64,000 nt of DNA from Desulfobacterales bacterium (GTDB lineage: Bacteria > Desulfobacterota > Desulfobacteria > Desulfobacterales > UBA5852). Below the pieces are notes generated by a model. It made no database searches and was not told the DNA's origin. It saw nothing but the letters and a program-made list of their open reading frames with translations. Where the stretch lies: positions 2,304,001 through 2,368,000 of the forward strand of contig CAXXVS010000002.1 of NCBI GenBank assembly GCA_963674755.2, written 5' to 3'. Shown here piece after piece: positions 10,202 through 20,370 of the stretch. Numbering within the stretch: position 1 is the first letter of the stretch; the number at the start of each line of letters is the position of its first letter. The translations under genes were made by a program, and so were the position numbers.

Positions 10202-10948
10202 GTGAAGCGCCTATTCCTGTTTCTGCTTCTTTTCATATCAGGAACCATCTATCCAGCCCATGCCCAGGAAATTGCCATCGTTACGGAAAATTATCCGCCC
10301 TATCATTACGAGCATAACGGCGTTGTCGTGGGCCAGGGGACCGAAACGGTTCAGGCGGTTTTAGACGTATTGAACATCAAGGCCCGCATCGAGATATACC
10401 CTTGGGCACGCGCTTATTATATGGCGCTGCATCATAAAAACACGCTGATTTTCGGCATCGCCCGAACCCCGCAACGGGAAAGTTTATTCAAATGGATCGG
10501 CGTATCCTCTCCGGTGCGCTATTGCCTGTTCGCATTGACAAGCCGCAACGACATCCGCGTACGCACCTTGGAAGACGCCAAACGATATAAAATCGGAACC
10601 GTTCGAGATGACATCGTCGAGCTGTATTTGTTGCAGAACGGGTTTCAAATAAGGACGAATATCGAACCCAACAGTTCGTTTGAGGCTAATTTCAAAAAAT
10701 TGACCAACCAGCGTATTGATCTGTGGGGAGTGGCGGATTTAGCCGCACACTATATCGCCCAATCCAACCGATACCCGAAAAGCATTATAAAAGAAGTCTA
10801 TTACCTGAAAACGTTATCTGCCGGGGGCGCGTATATGGCGTTCAGCAAAAATACCCCTGACGACTTGGTCGATCGATTCAGGGAAGCACTTAAAAAAATC
10901 AAAGCCGATGGAACCTACGATCGAATATTGTCCAAATACGTTCAGTGA
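10202..10948 (+). CDS. Periplasmic substrate-binding protein (family 3-like)
   Basis: Signal peptide, TENYPPY, PWARA, RTPQRE, DGTY..I. Confidence 0.88.
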   Translation: MKRLFLFLLLFISGTIYPAHAQEIAIVTENYPPYHYEHNGVVVGQGTETVQAVLDVLNIKARIEIYPWARAYYMALHHKNTLIFGIARTPQRESLFKWIGVSSPVRYCLFALTSRNDIRVRTLEDAKRYKIGTVRDDIVELYLLQNGFQIRTNIEPNSSFEANFKKLTNQRIDLWGVADLAAHYIAQSNRYPKSIIKEVYYLKTLSAGGAYMAFSKNTPDDLVDRFREALKKIKADGTYDRILSKYVQ

Positions 10949-10959
10949 AAACATAGCGC

Positions 10960-11280
10960 TTGAGATGCGTTGCTGAAATTGATCCGGAAAAGTTTTCCGT
11001 CAAAGCCGGCTTCAATCATGGAATCAAACGGTTGTATGTCCGCCCCTGCGCCCGGGGCCGGGGTCTTGGCAAACGGATTGCCAAACAACTGATTCGGGAG
11101 GCGGTTCATCTGGGATACGCCGTCATGGTTCTCGACACCCTTGAGCGGCTGGAGGCGGCCACTCAGCTTTACCGATCATTGGGTTTCATGAGTGCGGAAC
11201 CCTATCATGACAATCCGCTATCCGGGATCGTTTATATGAAACTGAGCTTGCGAAATCCGCCGAAACAAATCATCAGATAG
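10960..11280 (+). pseudogene. GNAT acetyltransferase C-terminal fragment
   Basis: IKRLYVRP.ARGRGLG, LDT, LYRSLGF; N-terminal half missing. Confidence 0.65.
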
Positions 11281-11388
11281 GCATGGCCCACGCTCTTGGC
11301 TGATTATAGGCTAAAAAACAGCTTCTAAAATTTTGGACACGCGATAGCCCGCCGCCTGCTGGCAGGGGGCCTCGCTAAAACCATTATT

Positions 11389-11952
11389 ATGCCAACCGTA
11401 TTTTCACATCCCGCAATTGCCTTGGCGACAACACCCCTATTGCAAGGTTTAAAAAGAAAACCGCTGCTCGTCATTTCCGGTGCATTATTAACCGTTTTGC
11501 CCGATCTCGATGTTGTTGCGTTCAAATTCGGGATACCCTATAGTCATATGTTTGGTCACCGGGGCATCAGCCACTCCATTTTATTTGCCTTTATGGCCAG
11601 TATCCTCTTTACCTCTATCAACAGGCAAAAGGGCTTAGACAAGAATCTGCTTGTTTGGGGATATCTTTTTATCTGCGGTCTGAGTCACGGCTTATTGGAT
11701 GCCGCAACAAACGGCGGACTTGGCATAGGACTGTTTTTGCCATTCTCGGCCGAACGGTTTTTCTTTCCCTATCGCCCCATTGAAGTTTCGACGCTGAGCA
11801 TCACCAGGTTCTTCAATGGGCAGGGCGGGTTTGTGCTCCAAAATGAAATATTGTACCTATGGTTACCCGCCATCGGCCTGTTTCTATTGCTCTATGTGCT
11901 GTTAAGGATTTTCAAAACCGTTTCAGGGCATCAACACCCGAATCGATGTTGA
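11389..11952 (+). CDS. YdjM-like metal-dependent membrane hydrolase
   Basis: SH, LPDLD, HRGISHS, SHGLLDAATNGG. Confidence 0.88.
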   Translation: MPTVFSHPAIALATTPLLQGLKRKPLLVISGALLTVLPDLDVVAFKFGIPYSHMFGHRGISHSILFAFMASILFTSINRQKGLDKNLLVWGYLFICGLSHGLLDAATNGGLGIGLFLPFSAERFFFPYRPIEVSTLSITRFFNGQGGFVLQNEILYLWLPAIGLFLLLYVLLRIFKTVSGHQHPNRC

Positions 11953-12416
11953 TCACAGAAATGCCGGATATCGAGATCACGCCATTTGAAATTTCGCTCT
12001 ATGATGACGTTTTAGCCTTATGGCAGTGCTGCGATGGTGTGGGTTTGAGCGATGCGGACTCATGGGAAGATATCCAGAAATATCTGGAGCGCAATCCCGG
12101 GATGAGCTTTATTGCTTCGTCTTCCGGAAAAATCGTGGGTGCCATACTGGCAGGCCATGATGGCAGACGTGGCTATATCCATCACCTGGCGGTACATCCG
12201 GATTTTCGCAAAAAGGGGGTGGCGCGTCGTCTCGTCGATTGCAGCATCGCGAAACTAGAGGATTCCGGCATCCGCAAATGCCACCTCTTTGTCTTCAACA
12301 ACAACCATGCCGGTCTTTCATTTTGGCAGAAGATCGGGTGGCGCCGCCGCCTGGAATTAAGTATCGTCTCCAGGCAAACGGCAGAAGACCGATCTCAAAA
12401 CCCACCGCCCCCATAA
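11946..12416 (+). CDS. GNAT acetyltransferase (YpeA-like)
   Basis: GHDGRRGYIHHLAVHPDFRKKGVA, FWQKIGW. Confidence 0.88.
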   Translation: MLITEMPDIEITPFEISLYDDVLALWQCCDGVGLSDADSWEDIQKYLERNPGMSFIASSSGKIVGAILAGHDGRRGYIHHLAVHPDFRKKGVARRLVDCSIAKLEDSGIRKCHLFVFNNNHAGLSFWQKIGWRRRLELSIVSRQTAEDRSQNPPPP

Positions 12417-12444
12417 CCGTCATGAACCGGAAGGGAAATTTGCA

Positions 12445-13026
12445 ATGAACGTCGTAACGCTTCTGGGCAGTCCCCGAACCAACGGGAATACGGCAACCCT
12501 CGCCAAAGCCTTTATCGATACCGCGGAAGCGTCGGGGGCCGAGGTACAGACCTTTCTGTTAAACAAGCTGGACGCAAGGGGCTGCCAGGCCTGCAACGCC
12601 TGCAAGACGAAAACGGATCGATGCGTGATCGAGGACGGCCTGACGGATGTGTTGGAAGCCGTAAGGAACACCGATGTCCTGGTGGCGGCAACGCCCATTT
12701 ACTTTGCCGATGTTTCCGCACAATTCAAGATCTTCGTCGATCGCTGCTACGCGTACCTGGAGCCTTTTGACGACATGCCCACGCACAGCCGTTTGGCGAC
12801 GGGCAAAAAATTCGTCCTCATCACCGCCCAGAACCGGGACGAGAGTCTGTTTGACGAGGTTTGCACCAAATACCGGATGATTTTTAAGTTTTTAGGATTT
12901 CGGGAAACGCATCTCGTCCGGGGTTGCGGTCTCAGGGAAGCGGACGCGCTGATAAAGAAAAACCGCCAGGATCTTATCGAACTCTCCAAAGAGACGGCCC
13001 GCAATGTGTTAAACCGGACGGCGTAG
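12445..13026 (+). CDS. Iron-sulfur flavoprotein / flavodoxin family
   Basis: GSPR..GNT, CQACNAC..C, TPIYF. Confidence 0.9.
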   Translation: MNVVTLLGSPRTNGNTATLAKAFIDTAEASGAEVQTFLLNKLDARGCQACNACKTKTDRCVIEDGLTDVLEAVRNTDVLVAATPIYFADVSAQFKIFVDRCYAYLEPFDDMPTHSRLATGKKFVLITAQNRDESLFDEVCTKYRMIFKFLGFRETHLVRGCGLREADALIKKNRQDLIELSKETARNVLNRTA

Positions 13027-13290
13027 TGAAGACAGACCCAAATGATTCATCCACGGATAGACATCCACACCCCCCTTGGATTTTCGGGGAAAACCCCGGA
13101 AACTTGAGTGAAAGGGGAATCCGTCAGCTTCTATTCATTGGAATTCAGCCGGTGGCAGTTGACAGCAGCCCCGTTTTAGGCGCATTTTGCCAGACAACGC
13201 CCTTCCGTATTGCTTTGAAACCTCAAAGGGCGTCTGATCCCATGATATTGCTGGTCGGCACGCATCCATTAAACGTTAAAAGTTGATCTT

Positions 13291-13653
13291 ATGGCACCCA
13301 AATATCGAATTGAATCCCAAGACGGCATTACGACGATCCGCTTTGCCGCTATCCCTGAGCTGGATGACATTCGCCAGGCAATCGATGATGTTGTCGAAAA
13401 CTATCTGAGTGGGCTTAGGATATGGGATTTTAGCAATGGTTTTAGTCTGACCGACGCCGAGCTGAAGCAGCTGGCCGAATACGGCAAGTCAAAATTTTCG
13501 ATTCCTTCGAAGGTCGCCGTTATCGCACTGAATGACCTCGCTTATGGGGTGGCGCGGGTTCATGACGTTTACCGGGAAGATGGGTTTTGCGAACAACGGA
13601 TCTTTCGAACAGAGCAGGAAGCACGCGCCTGGCTCCTTAGCCAACGGCCATAA
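13291..13653 (+). CDS. Hypothetical protein (STAS/SEC14-like)
   Basis: 120-aa ORF with KVAVI..YG.AR and F....EA..WL pattern. Confidence 0.65.
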   Translation: MAPKYRIESQDGITTIRFAAIPELDDIRQAIDDVVENYLSGLRIWDFSNGFSLTDAELKQLAEYGKSKFSIPSKVAVIALNDLAYGVARVHDVYREDGFCEQRIFRTEQEARAWLLSQRP

Positions 13654-13755
13654 CCAGACTTTCGCGCCTATGCGAGACATCTATCGACTTACCGACCGAC
13701 CTGCCGCACCCTTTGACAGCCCGGGGCAAACCCATCCCGACTGACCTCGATTGTC

Positions 13756-14607
13756 ATGATTGAAAAGCTATACATCGGCACCAGTGGCTATTCCTACCCC
13801 GAATGGGTGAAAGCGGGTTTTTACCCGCCGGGCACCTCCGGCAAGGTGATGCTTGAATCCTACGCCCAACGGTTCTCCGCCGTTGAGCTGAACTATACCT
13901 GGTATCAGATGCCTCGGCCGAGCGCCATCGAGCGTCTGGCCATACGCGCGCCGCAGGGCTTTGTCTACACGGCCAAGCTGACGCGGACCATGACCCATGA
14001 AATCGATCCCGGCGGCTGGCGCACCCAGGTGAAGCAATACCGTGAAGGCATCGCCCCGCTCGTCCTCGAGCGGCGCCTGCTGGCCATTCTGATCCAGCTG
14101 GGGCCGCGCTTCGGGCGAACCGTGGAAAACCGCAAATACCTGGCGCGGCTGCTCGATGAACTCGCGGCCCTGCCCCTGGCCGTGGAGTTTCGCAACCGCT
14201 CGTGGGCGGACGACCGGGTGTTTGCCGAGCTCGAACACCGCCGGGTAAGCCTGGTGGCCGTGGACGCGCCGGATGTAAACGCCATGTTTCCCCGCCTCGA
14301 TGTGGTGACAAACCCGGACCTGTTTTATGTGCGGATGCACGGGCGCAACGCCCGGGGATGGGGATCGGGAAACAAGCAGCTTCAATTCGACTATGACTAC
14401 ACCGAAACGGATTTGGCGCTCTGGAGCCGGGACCTGATCCCCCGGATGGCGGACAGGGCCAAAACCGGAGTCGTGTTTTTCAACAACCATGTCCGCGGAC
14501 AGGCGCCCCGCAATGCCCGTTTGCTGACCGACCAGCTTGAAGCCGAGGGTTTTTCACCGAAAACCGGCGGCGGATATATGCACCCATCCGGAGGCATACC
14601 GGTCTAA
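13756..14607 (+). CDS. DUF72 family protein
   Basis: IGTSGYSY.EW, VELN.T.Y, AVEFR..SW, YVRMHGRN, FFNN. Confidence 0.92.
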   Translation: MIEKLYIGTSGYSYPEWVKAGFYPPGTSGKVMLESYAQRFSAVELNYTWYQMPRPSAIERLAIRAPQGFVYTAKLTRTMTHEIDPGGWRTQVKQYREGIAPLVLERRLLAILIQLGPRFGRTVENRKYLARLLDELAALPLAVEFRNRSWADDRVFAELEHRRVSLVAVDAPDVNAMFPRLDVVTNPDLFYVRMHGRNARGWGSGNKQLQFDYDYTETDLALWSRDLIPRMADRAKTGVVFFNNHVRGQAPRNARLLTDQLEAEGFSPKTGGGYMHPSGGIPV

Positions 14608-14795
14608 CCGGGTCAGGCCCGGGAAAAGCGTCTGCGCCCAATAAAAGGCGCCTTGACCTTCAATCCTTTTTCATTATGGTACAAGGAGGGCCAGCATGCC
14701 TTCCTGCATCATCTGAGCGCCGTCTTCGGCTACCATGAGATGCTGATCGTCAAACCGATGCGCTTCTAACGCGCCCGCCCATGGATGGCGCTTCA

Positions 14796-15085
14796 CTAAT
14801 GAGTGACCAGCTCGAACGCCTCCCGTTTCGAGTTACAGATCAATTCATGAATGTCCCATTTGGTTCCGTTGTCGCGGGGTTGTTCCAGCTTCTGAGCCAT
14901 GACGACGTGTTCGCCGAGTGCCCGCAGGGTAATCATGCCGTAGACGGCTACATTTCGGTCCTGCTTCTCTTCCATCTCCTTCTTGAGTCGCGTGCGTTCC
15001 TTGGCGTCATCAGCCTCTTCGATCCGACGGAAATAATCTCGAAGCGCGTCAAAATACTTTAGAGGTGCTGAGTGACATATGGCAT
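14796..15085 (-). pseudogene. Degraded terminal cassette ORF
   Basis: AAGGAG RBS and ATG, then a frameshift into a ~90-codon open frame ending TAG; follows the last attC and mini-intron. Confidence 0.35.
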
Positions 15086-15164
15086 CTCCTTCACGGGTCT
15101 ATAGGGCTTTTTATGCTTCTTCTCCTGGCGTTCGAATGGAGACCATTCTAAATTTGCTCTTGCA

Positions 15165-15268
15165 GTCGCGGATAGGGATGCCGGTTAACCCTTACAGAAA
15201 GCCGTTACCGACTTTCTCCCGGCAGGGACTTACACCCTGCAAGATGCGCCGAGCTTTGCTCGGCGCGA
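15165..15268 (-). mobile_element. Mini group II intron derivative (5' end fused to domain VI 3' end)
   Basis: First ~85 nt nearly identical to 18064-18146, then GGTTAACCGGCATCCCTATCCGCGAC resembling the DVI/3' end; removal restores GTTATGC. Confidence 0.75.
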
Positions 15269-15339
15269 TAACGCCAGTTTAACCGGCGTTTATCGGAGCG
15301 TAGCGGAGATAAACGTCCGTATTTAAACTTTTGTTACGC
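15266..15339 (-). other. attC site 21
   Basis: R'' GCGTAAC ... R' GTTATCG, internal inverted repeat. Confidence 0.85.
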
Positions 15340-16143
15340 TTAGGTGATTGATTTTGAATTGTTTCCAAATTTAATCAGCGGTCTCGGAAGAAATATTATT
15401 GCGATAAATGCAGCAACTCCCCAGAAAAGAAAATTGTACTGTTTCCGGTAGTTGACTGCAAACGCAAGGAAATTGGCCGACTCGTGTAGTAAGATTGCCG
15501 GTAATACACTTCCTTGGGCTTTGTATATAAATAGTGCCATGACAATCGTCCAACAAGTAAGCAAATATATATAAAGAATAAGGGAGTCACCATATTGAGA
15601 CGATCCAGGTGCAAAAAACAGAGGCAGATGCCAGAGGGCCCAGAGAGTGCCTACAACAAGACTGCCCCCAAGTGATCCCAGCCTATTTTGAAGTTCTGGC
15701 AGTGCAAATCCTCTCCAGCCGATCTCTTCACCAAGCCCGTTATAAACCAAGAAAAAAATCATGAAACCCAAGGGCATAGATGGCGAAAACCAATTGTTAG
15801 GTAATTCAGCTTCTGAAATCAAGACTGCTGTCAATGTACTTGCAGCCGCAATCACCAGTGGAGTCAATATTGCTGCAATGTACCATATTATATTGAAACG
15901 CCAATTTAATGAACGCTTTATTAGATGATGAAGCCCATATTTCCCATTTGTTATCAACAATGAGGTAGTAGCCGCAATTAAGGCTGCTGGAACTCCGATA
16001 AGGACAAGTAATCCACCCAATTGTCTAGGATCGTAAGTGAAAGGTATTTCAAACAGTTTTCCAATACCAAACAAAGCCCATAGTATCGAATACGAAATCA
16101 CGACATACAGAATGAGATGAGATAGCTGAGTCTGTTTTGCCAT
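15340..16143 (-). CDS. Cassette: CPBP/CAAX intramembrane glutamic endopeptidase
   Basis: GEEIGWRG, WALWHLP, LLHES.N. Confidence 0.92.
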   Translation of the reverse strand: MAKQTQLSHLILYVVISYSILWALFGIGKLFEIPFTYDPRQLGGLLVLIGVPAALIAATTSLLITNGKYGLHHLIKRSLNWRFNIIWYIAAILTPLVIAAASTLTAVLISEAELPNNWFSPSMPLGFMIFFLVYNGLGEEIGWRGFALPELQNRLGSLGGSLVVGTLWALWHLPLFFAPGSSQYGDSLILYIYLLTCWTIVMALFIYKAQGSVLPAILLHESANFLAFAVNYRKQYNFLFWGVAAFIAIIFLPRPLIKFGNNSKSIT

Positions 16144-16189
16144 ATTTATGTACCTAGATATTTTCTTAATCTAGTAAAACCACAATTAA

Positions 16190-16319
16190 GCATAATGCAT
16201 TTTTCAGAGGCCGGGCGGCGATTGTCGAAAATGAACCGCTGAAAGACATTGTTTATATTTGTTTTAACCTTAAAAAAACCGCGCCGTAAGCCCGGTCCCA
16301 CTGCAAAAAATTGTTATCT
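16190..16319 (-). other. attC site 20 (degenerate R' ATTATGC)
   Basis: R'' AGATAAC, inverted-repeat arms present, R' has A instead of G. Confidence 0.7.
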
Positions 16320-16697
16320 TCTTTCCTCATAATCCCAGTAAGATTCATAAAATGTATCATGTAACATCAATTCATCTGTTTCATCAGAGGAAAGACTTTC
16401 ACCATCCCAATCCTCAATTTCAATAATGTTTGGTTCAGTTACGCCATCTATGAGAGAGCATAGATGAAAACAGGGATACGCACATGCATCTTTAATAATT
16501 TTCTTTAGCGCAGCTTTTGCTGTATCTGATAATTCCAGTTTTGAAAGTGCTGAAATCTCATCCTGACTGAGTTCTATTCCCGGAGGGTAATCAGGCGAAG
16601 GTTTTCCATTTATTCCTAAGGCATTAATTGCAACTTCTGCAGACTCTTCAATTGCAGCATGTATTTCGGCAAAAAGTGCCTTCTTACTTTCATTCAT
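16314..16697 (-). CDS. Cassette: acidic hypothetical protein
   Basis: GGAG RBS; ORF fills the cassette. Confidence 0.8.
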   Translation of the reverse strand: MNESKKALFAEIHAAIEESAEVAINALGINGKPSPDYPPGIELSQDEISALSKLELSDTAKAALKKIIKDACAYPCFHLCSLIDGVTEPNIIEIEDWDGESLSSDETDELMLHDTFYESYWDYEERR

Positions 16698-16709
16698 ATT
16701 TTCTCCAAA

Positions 16710-16777
16710 AAATAACGCCCTGGCTTAAAGGTGAGGGCCGCGAAGTGGCCCTAATCCGATACAGCCTGATGTTATAT
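16710..16777 (-). other. attC site 19
   Basis: R'' ATATAAC ... R' GTTATTT. Confidence 0.85.
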
Positions 16778-16791
16778 TATTCCGATTTATT

Positions 16792-17295
16792 TTATTTCGT
16801 TTTTAATTCTGGAACTCCTGCGTATTCCGCCCACAGATCCCTGCATAAAACCTGCACTTGACCTAGATGAACCGAAAATCGCCTGATAATTATCACCTCA
16901 TCAGGCATTATGAAAACCCAACTGCCATCCTTTCTTTCAATTTGACGAGTGAATACCGCGAATTTATTTTGATCTTTATATAGCGTTTCTACTTTATTCC
17001 TAAAATATCTTAGCAATTTATTAATATTATCATTTCCAATTATACCTATATCCTCCCCATAAAACACACCGCCCAAAAACATATAACTTACAATATTAGA
17101 TTCCACTTCACCAAACTTAGCAACTGAATCCCCTATTTTGTACCACTTCATATTTGATTCAACTTGTATGAATTCAAGACTTGCATTTTTAATTGTGGAA
17201 ATGTTTTGGCGGCATTTAAAGCGATTCAAATAGTTCGCTTGTGTAACTTGGGGAAGTAACAAGATTAGAAATATGGGAAGTATTTTTTTCATCAT
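16792..17295 (-). CDS. Cassette: secreted hypothetical protein
   Basis: Signal peptide MKKILPIFLILLLPQVTQA. Confidence 0.8.
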   Translation of the reverse strand: MMKKILPIFLILLLPQVTQANYLNRFKCRQNISTIKNASLEFIQVESNMKWYKIGDSVAKFGEVESNIVSYMFLGGVFYGEDIGIIGNDNINKLLRYFRNKVETLYKDQNKFAVFTRQIERKDGSWVFIMPDEVIIIRRFSVHLGQVQVLCRDLWAEYAGVPELKTK

Positions 17296-17301
17296 TTGAA
17301 T

Positions 17302-18146
17302 ATCTCGTGGTAGGAACGCCGGTCACCCGGCGCCCCCCACTCAGACCCGGACGTGCGGTTTTCTCCCGCCATCGGCGGGATTCTTCGGTTGGACTCGCTT
17401 CCGCGCGGATCTTCACAGTTGCCCGTTACAAGATCCAGTTGCTATTCCCCGCAGTGAGGTTGGCTCGTGTTATCCAGCCCTACATGTCCGGCACGAGTTT
17501 CCTTTGTGGGCTACGTCCTTCCGTCAGGTCCTTTCCCGTGCATGTGTCCATGACACATGCCTGTGGCTGGCTTTCCCAACCTCTGAGTACTATGCCTGAT
17601 AAGACACCCCAATGGCATATAGCCGCCTTGCGACGACCCACCTGGTTCAGGATCATGATTGCCAGGAGCGCAATGGGGCTTCCCGAGTTCTACAGCGCAT
17701 CTCTTCCTGCATGCCACGGCCTGATGACTCCGGCGGACCTCCACATCCTCGCCTGTAACGGATGCGTCTGTATTGCCTTCGGTGCACGTTAAAACCCTCG
17801 GCGTCCGCAATTGCTATTTCGAAGCTGTACCAGCTCTTCAGGGAGCGCGGTCTCCCCTACGGCCTACAGGATTCTCTGCCTACGCTTAGCCCATCTTGTT
17901 CGATACCTCTGCTCCATTGTTCGTTCAGTGGGGTGAGACCATCCGCGAATGCCACCGGTCTCCCGGGTCGCGGCTCGTTTCCAGCCAATACAGCGACTTC
18001 CAGCACTTACAATGATCAGAAAGCATCTCCGCCATGGACCCAAGGCTCGATACGGGTGGGGGGCTAACCCTTACAGAAAGCCGTTACCGACTCTCTCCCG
18101 GCAGGGACTTACACCCTGCAAGATGCGCCAAGCTTTGCTCGGCGCG
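17302..18146 (-). ncRNA. ORF-less group II intron inserted at the attC R' core
   Basis: 5' CGCGCCGAGC..GGGTGTAAGTCCC; RT start relic PTSLRGIA; DV 3' arm CCGCACGTCCGGGTCTG; DVI GGCGCCGGGTGACCGGCGTTCCTACCACGA; removal restores GTTATAT; boundaries +/-2 nt. Confidence 0.88.
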
Positions 18147-18206
18147 ATAACGGCGCTTTTCAGCGGGCGCGGCTTTTTGCGATCCGCTGCAAAAGCTTTG
18201 TTAGAA
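18145..18206 (-). other. attC site 18
   Basis: R'' TTCTAAC ... R' GTTAT followed by the intron. Confidence 0.88.
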
Positions 18207-18237
18207 TTTCTCAATATCTAAACGCCTTTGATTATGT

Positions 18238-19295
18238 TTAAGCATGGCTTTTAAATTTATCATTCCAATATTTCTCAACACTATCAATCAAAAAATTCTC
18301 TGTCGGAAGATTATAGCTACATATATTAGTTAGTTTGTCATTTTCTTTTTCGACCATAACATGGTCAGCCTCTGAATATTCTTCTTTGTGCTCTTTGTAT
18401 ACGGACAAAATCGATTTTCTAATATCGTCAAATATTGAATACTCAAATTCATCAGTAATAAGCTTATCAACATTCATGATTTCCGCAAGTATCATGTCTT
18501 TTTTGTCTTGGCTAAATGAATTCCAATAGGACGGTTTAACAAACCAATGGTCACTACTATGAATCATAACCGATTCAATAAAGCTTAAAATTGTAAGAGG
18601 AGTTTGGAAATAGAAATCGATAATATTTCGAAAAAAATTATTGTGTTCTTTACCTGCCGAACAAAAAACATATGTACAATTTTCTAATGGAATGATGTTT
18701 GTTATCATGAGCATTTTTTTATTGGTTATCTCATCGCCATATGCCAAAGAGGTATAGCCGCAAAGAGCTACTGGGAATTGGTAATCAATCCGAACTCCAT
18801 GGTTTATTGTTGTACTATTTCTATTTTGAGAATTGCCTAAATATTCATTAAGGATTCGTGATGAGTAATCTTTTAAATAAATTATACGCTTTTCAAAATC
18901 TTTTTTCATATATCGCAATTGAATCAGTATGACATCATTTGCTTTAATATTAAGGCAATCAATATCTTTTTTAATTCCTTGCCTTCTTAAGTTTGCTCTC
19001 AATATATTGAATGCTTGTTCTTTCATTATAGATTCATATGTTTCAATCATTACCTGCATTTTATCAACTTCAATATAAAGATGAACTATCTCTCTGCAAA
19101 TTGATCTGTATACCTGCAATGCAAGAAAAGATTCTTCATCCAACTTCAAATTTTCATATTGCTGAAAGATTTTTTCATGGGCTTCACAGTACCCCGGAAA
19201 GGTAGAGGCTTTGTTGACTCCTACCGCCTCCATTGACAATTTAAAGTTGCTTCCAAACACATCAAATACAGGTTGAAGGACATGCCCTTGATCAG
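18238..19295 (-). pseudogene. Cassette gene, C-terminal part (Cys/His zinc-binding hypothetical), disrupted by IS
   Basis: ASTFPGYCEAH motif; the listed MLH start comes from the IS end; N-terminal part lies at 21642-21813. Confidence 0.75.
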
Positions 19296-19307
19296 TGTGC
19301 AACATCG

Positions 19308-20357
19308 CTAATTATGACACAATTCGGATGAAAAATCGGGTAACACTTTACCTGCTTTGCGGATCGTGATCATCTCGTTTTTAAGCAGCCATTGGGTGGC
19401 CGCTTCCCGCCAGGCGGCCGGCACGATCCAATCCTTACCAGCCCCCTGGGATATAGTGATGGCCAGATCTCTGATCCAGCGATAGACGTCCTGGCGCTTG
19501 CGCTTGGGATAGCGAAGCCGCTGCTCTCCAAAATAGACATAGCAGGCATTTCGTCCTTCAAGGCTGCGCCGGGAGCGGTGATTCAAATCATGGGCTGCGG
19601 TTTCCGCCAGCACGGCAGCGCCGCGGCAACTGTCCGCTTTCCAGCCCCAGTCACGAAGATAGCGTTTAAACTCGCCCTGGGTATGCTCGATGGCCCCATT
19701 GTAGGGCGCCGTATAGGCCGGACTGTTGATGGGAACCACCAGAGCCTCGGACAGAATATCGTCAACGGCGGCATGATTGAGATTACCGCCATTGTCGCGT
19801 TTACAAAACAACGGCGCCCCGAACTGAGAAAACAAGTGATCCAAATGCCCGGCGACTTCCTCACCGCAGGCAAGCTGTGTGGCCGCCAGGGGACGGAACT
19901 TGTAGCGGGAACATAAGTCACTCAGATTATGCAAATACAACCGGCGACCATCGACAATCTCCGTACACTGGCAGTCATCCATGGCCCAGGCCAGATTCGG
20001 CCGCAGCCAGGAGACCTGACAGGTCTGCGCCGAACGCTTGCGGTTCGCCTCCCGGCGGACATCAGCAATCATCCGTTCCAACTCCCGCCGGGAGATAGCA
20101 TCACCAAAAGCGCCCTTAAGACGTCCAGTCCCACGGCTGCGCCGGTGTCCGTGCTCGATGTCCCGGATCTGCGCTTTGAGTTCACCGAGATCAAGCGGAC
20201 AGACCTTCTTCGGTCCGGATTTCTCCACCGGTGCCTGCCCCCGGTCCAGCCGCCGCTTCCAGCGCATCAACGTGGCGTAGCCTATCCCCAGTTCCCGGAC
20301 GATGATGCGGATCGACACGCCATAGCGCTTTTTCATCGCCTCGATCATGATGACCAC
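19308..20357 (-). CDS. DDE transposase/integrase core protein
   Basis: WAMD, KRDNG, PYNGAIE, N.R.RRSL. Confidence 0.85.
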   Translation of the reverse strand: MVIMIEAMKKRYGVSIRIIVRELGIGYATLMRWKRRLDRGQAPVEKSGPKKVCPLDLGELKAQIRDIEHGHRRSRGTGRLKGAFGDAISRRELERMIADVRREANRKRSAQTCQVSWLRPNLAWAMDDCQCTEIVDGRRLYLHNLSDLCSRYKFRPLAATQLACGEEVAGHLDHLFSQFGAPLFCKRDNGGNLNHAAVDDILSEALVVPINSPAYTAPYNGAIEHTQGEFKRYLRDWGWKADSCRGAAVLAETAAHDLNHRSRRSLEGRNACYVYFGEQRLRYPKRKRQDVYRWIRDLAITISQGAGKDWIVPAAWREAATQWLLKNEMITIRKAGKVLPDFSSELCHN

Positions 20358-20370
20358 CTCTCGGATGCGC

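Noticed and set aside
14764..14795. Additional attC ending in GTTAGAA
   Set aside because: No matching R'' or complete hairpin; at most a relic.
17302..18146. Canonical IIC-attC intron
   Set aside because: It is in sense orientation at R', not antisense at R'', and the RNA is much longer than a IIC ribozyme.
17307..18221. Plus-strand ORFs over the intron (also 15079-15282 and 25796-26146)
   Set aside because: Antisense translations of intron RNA.
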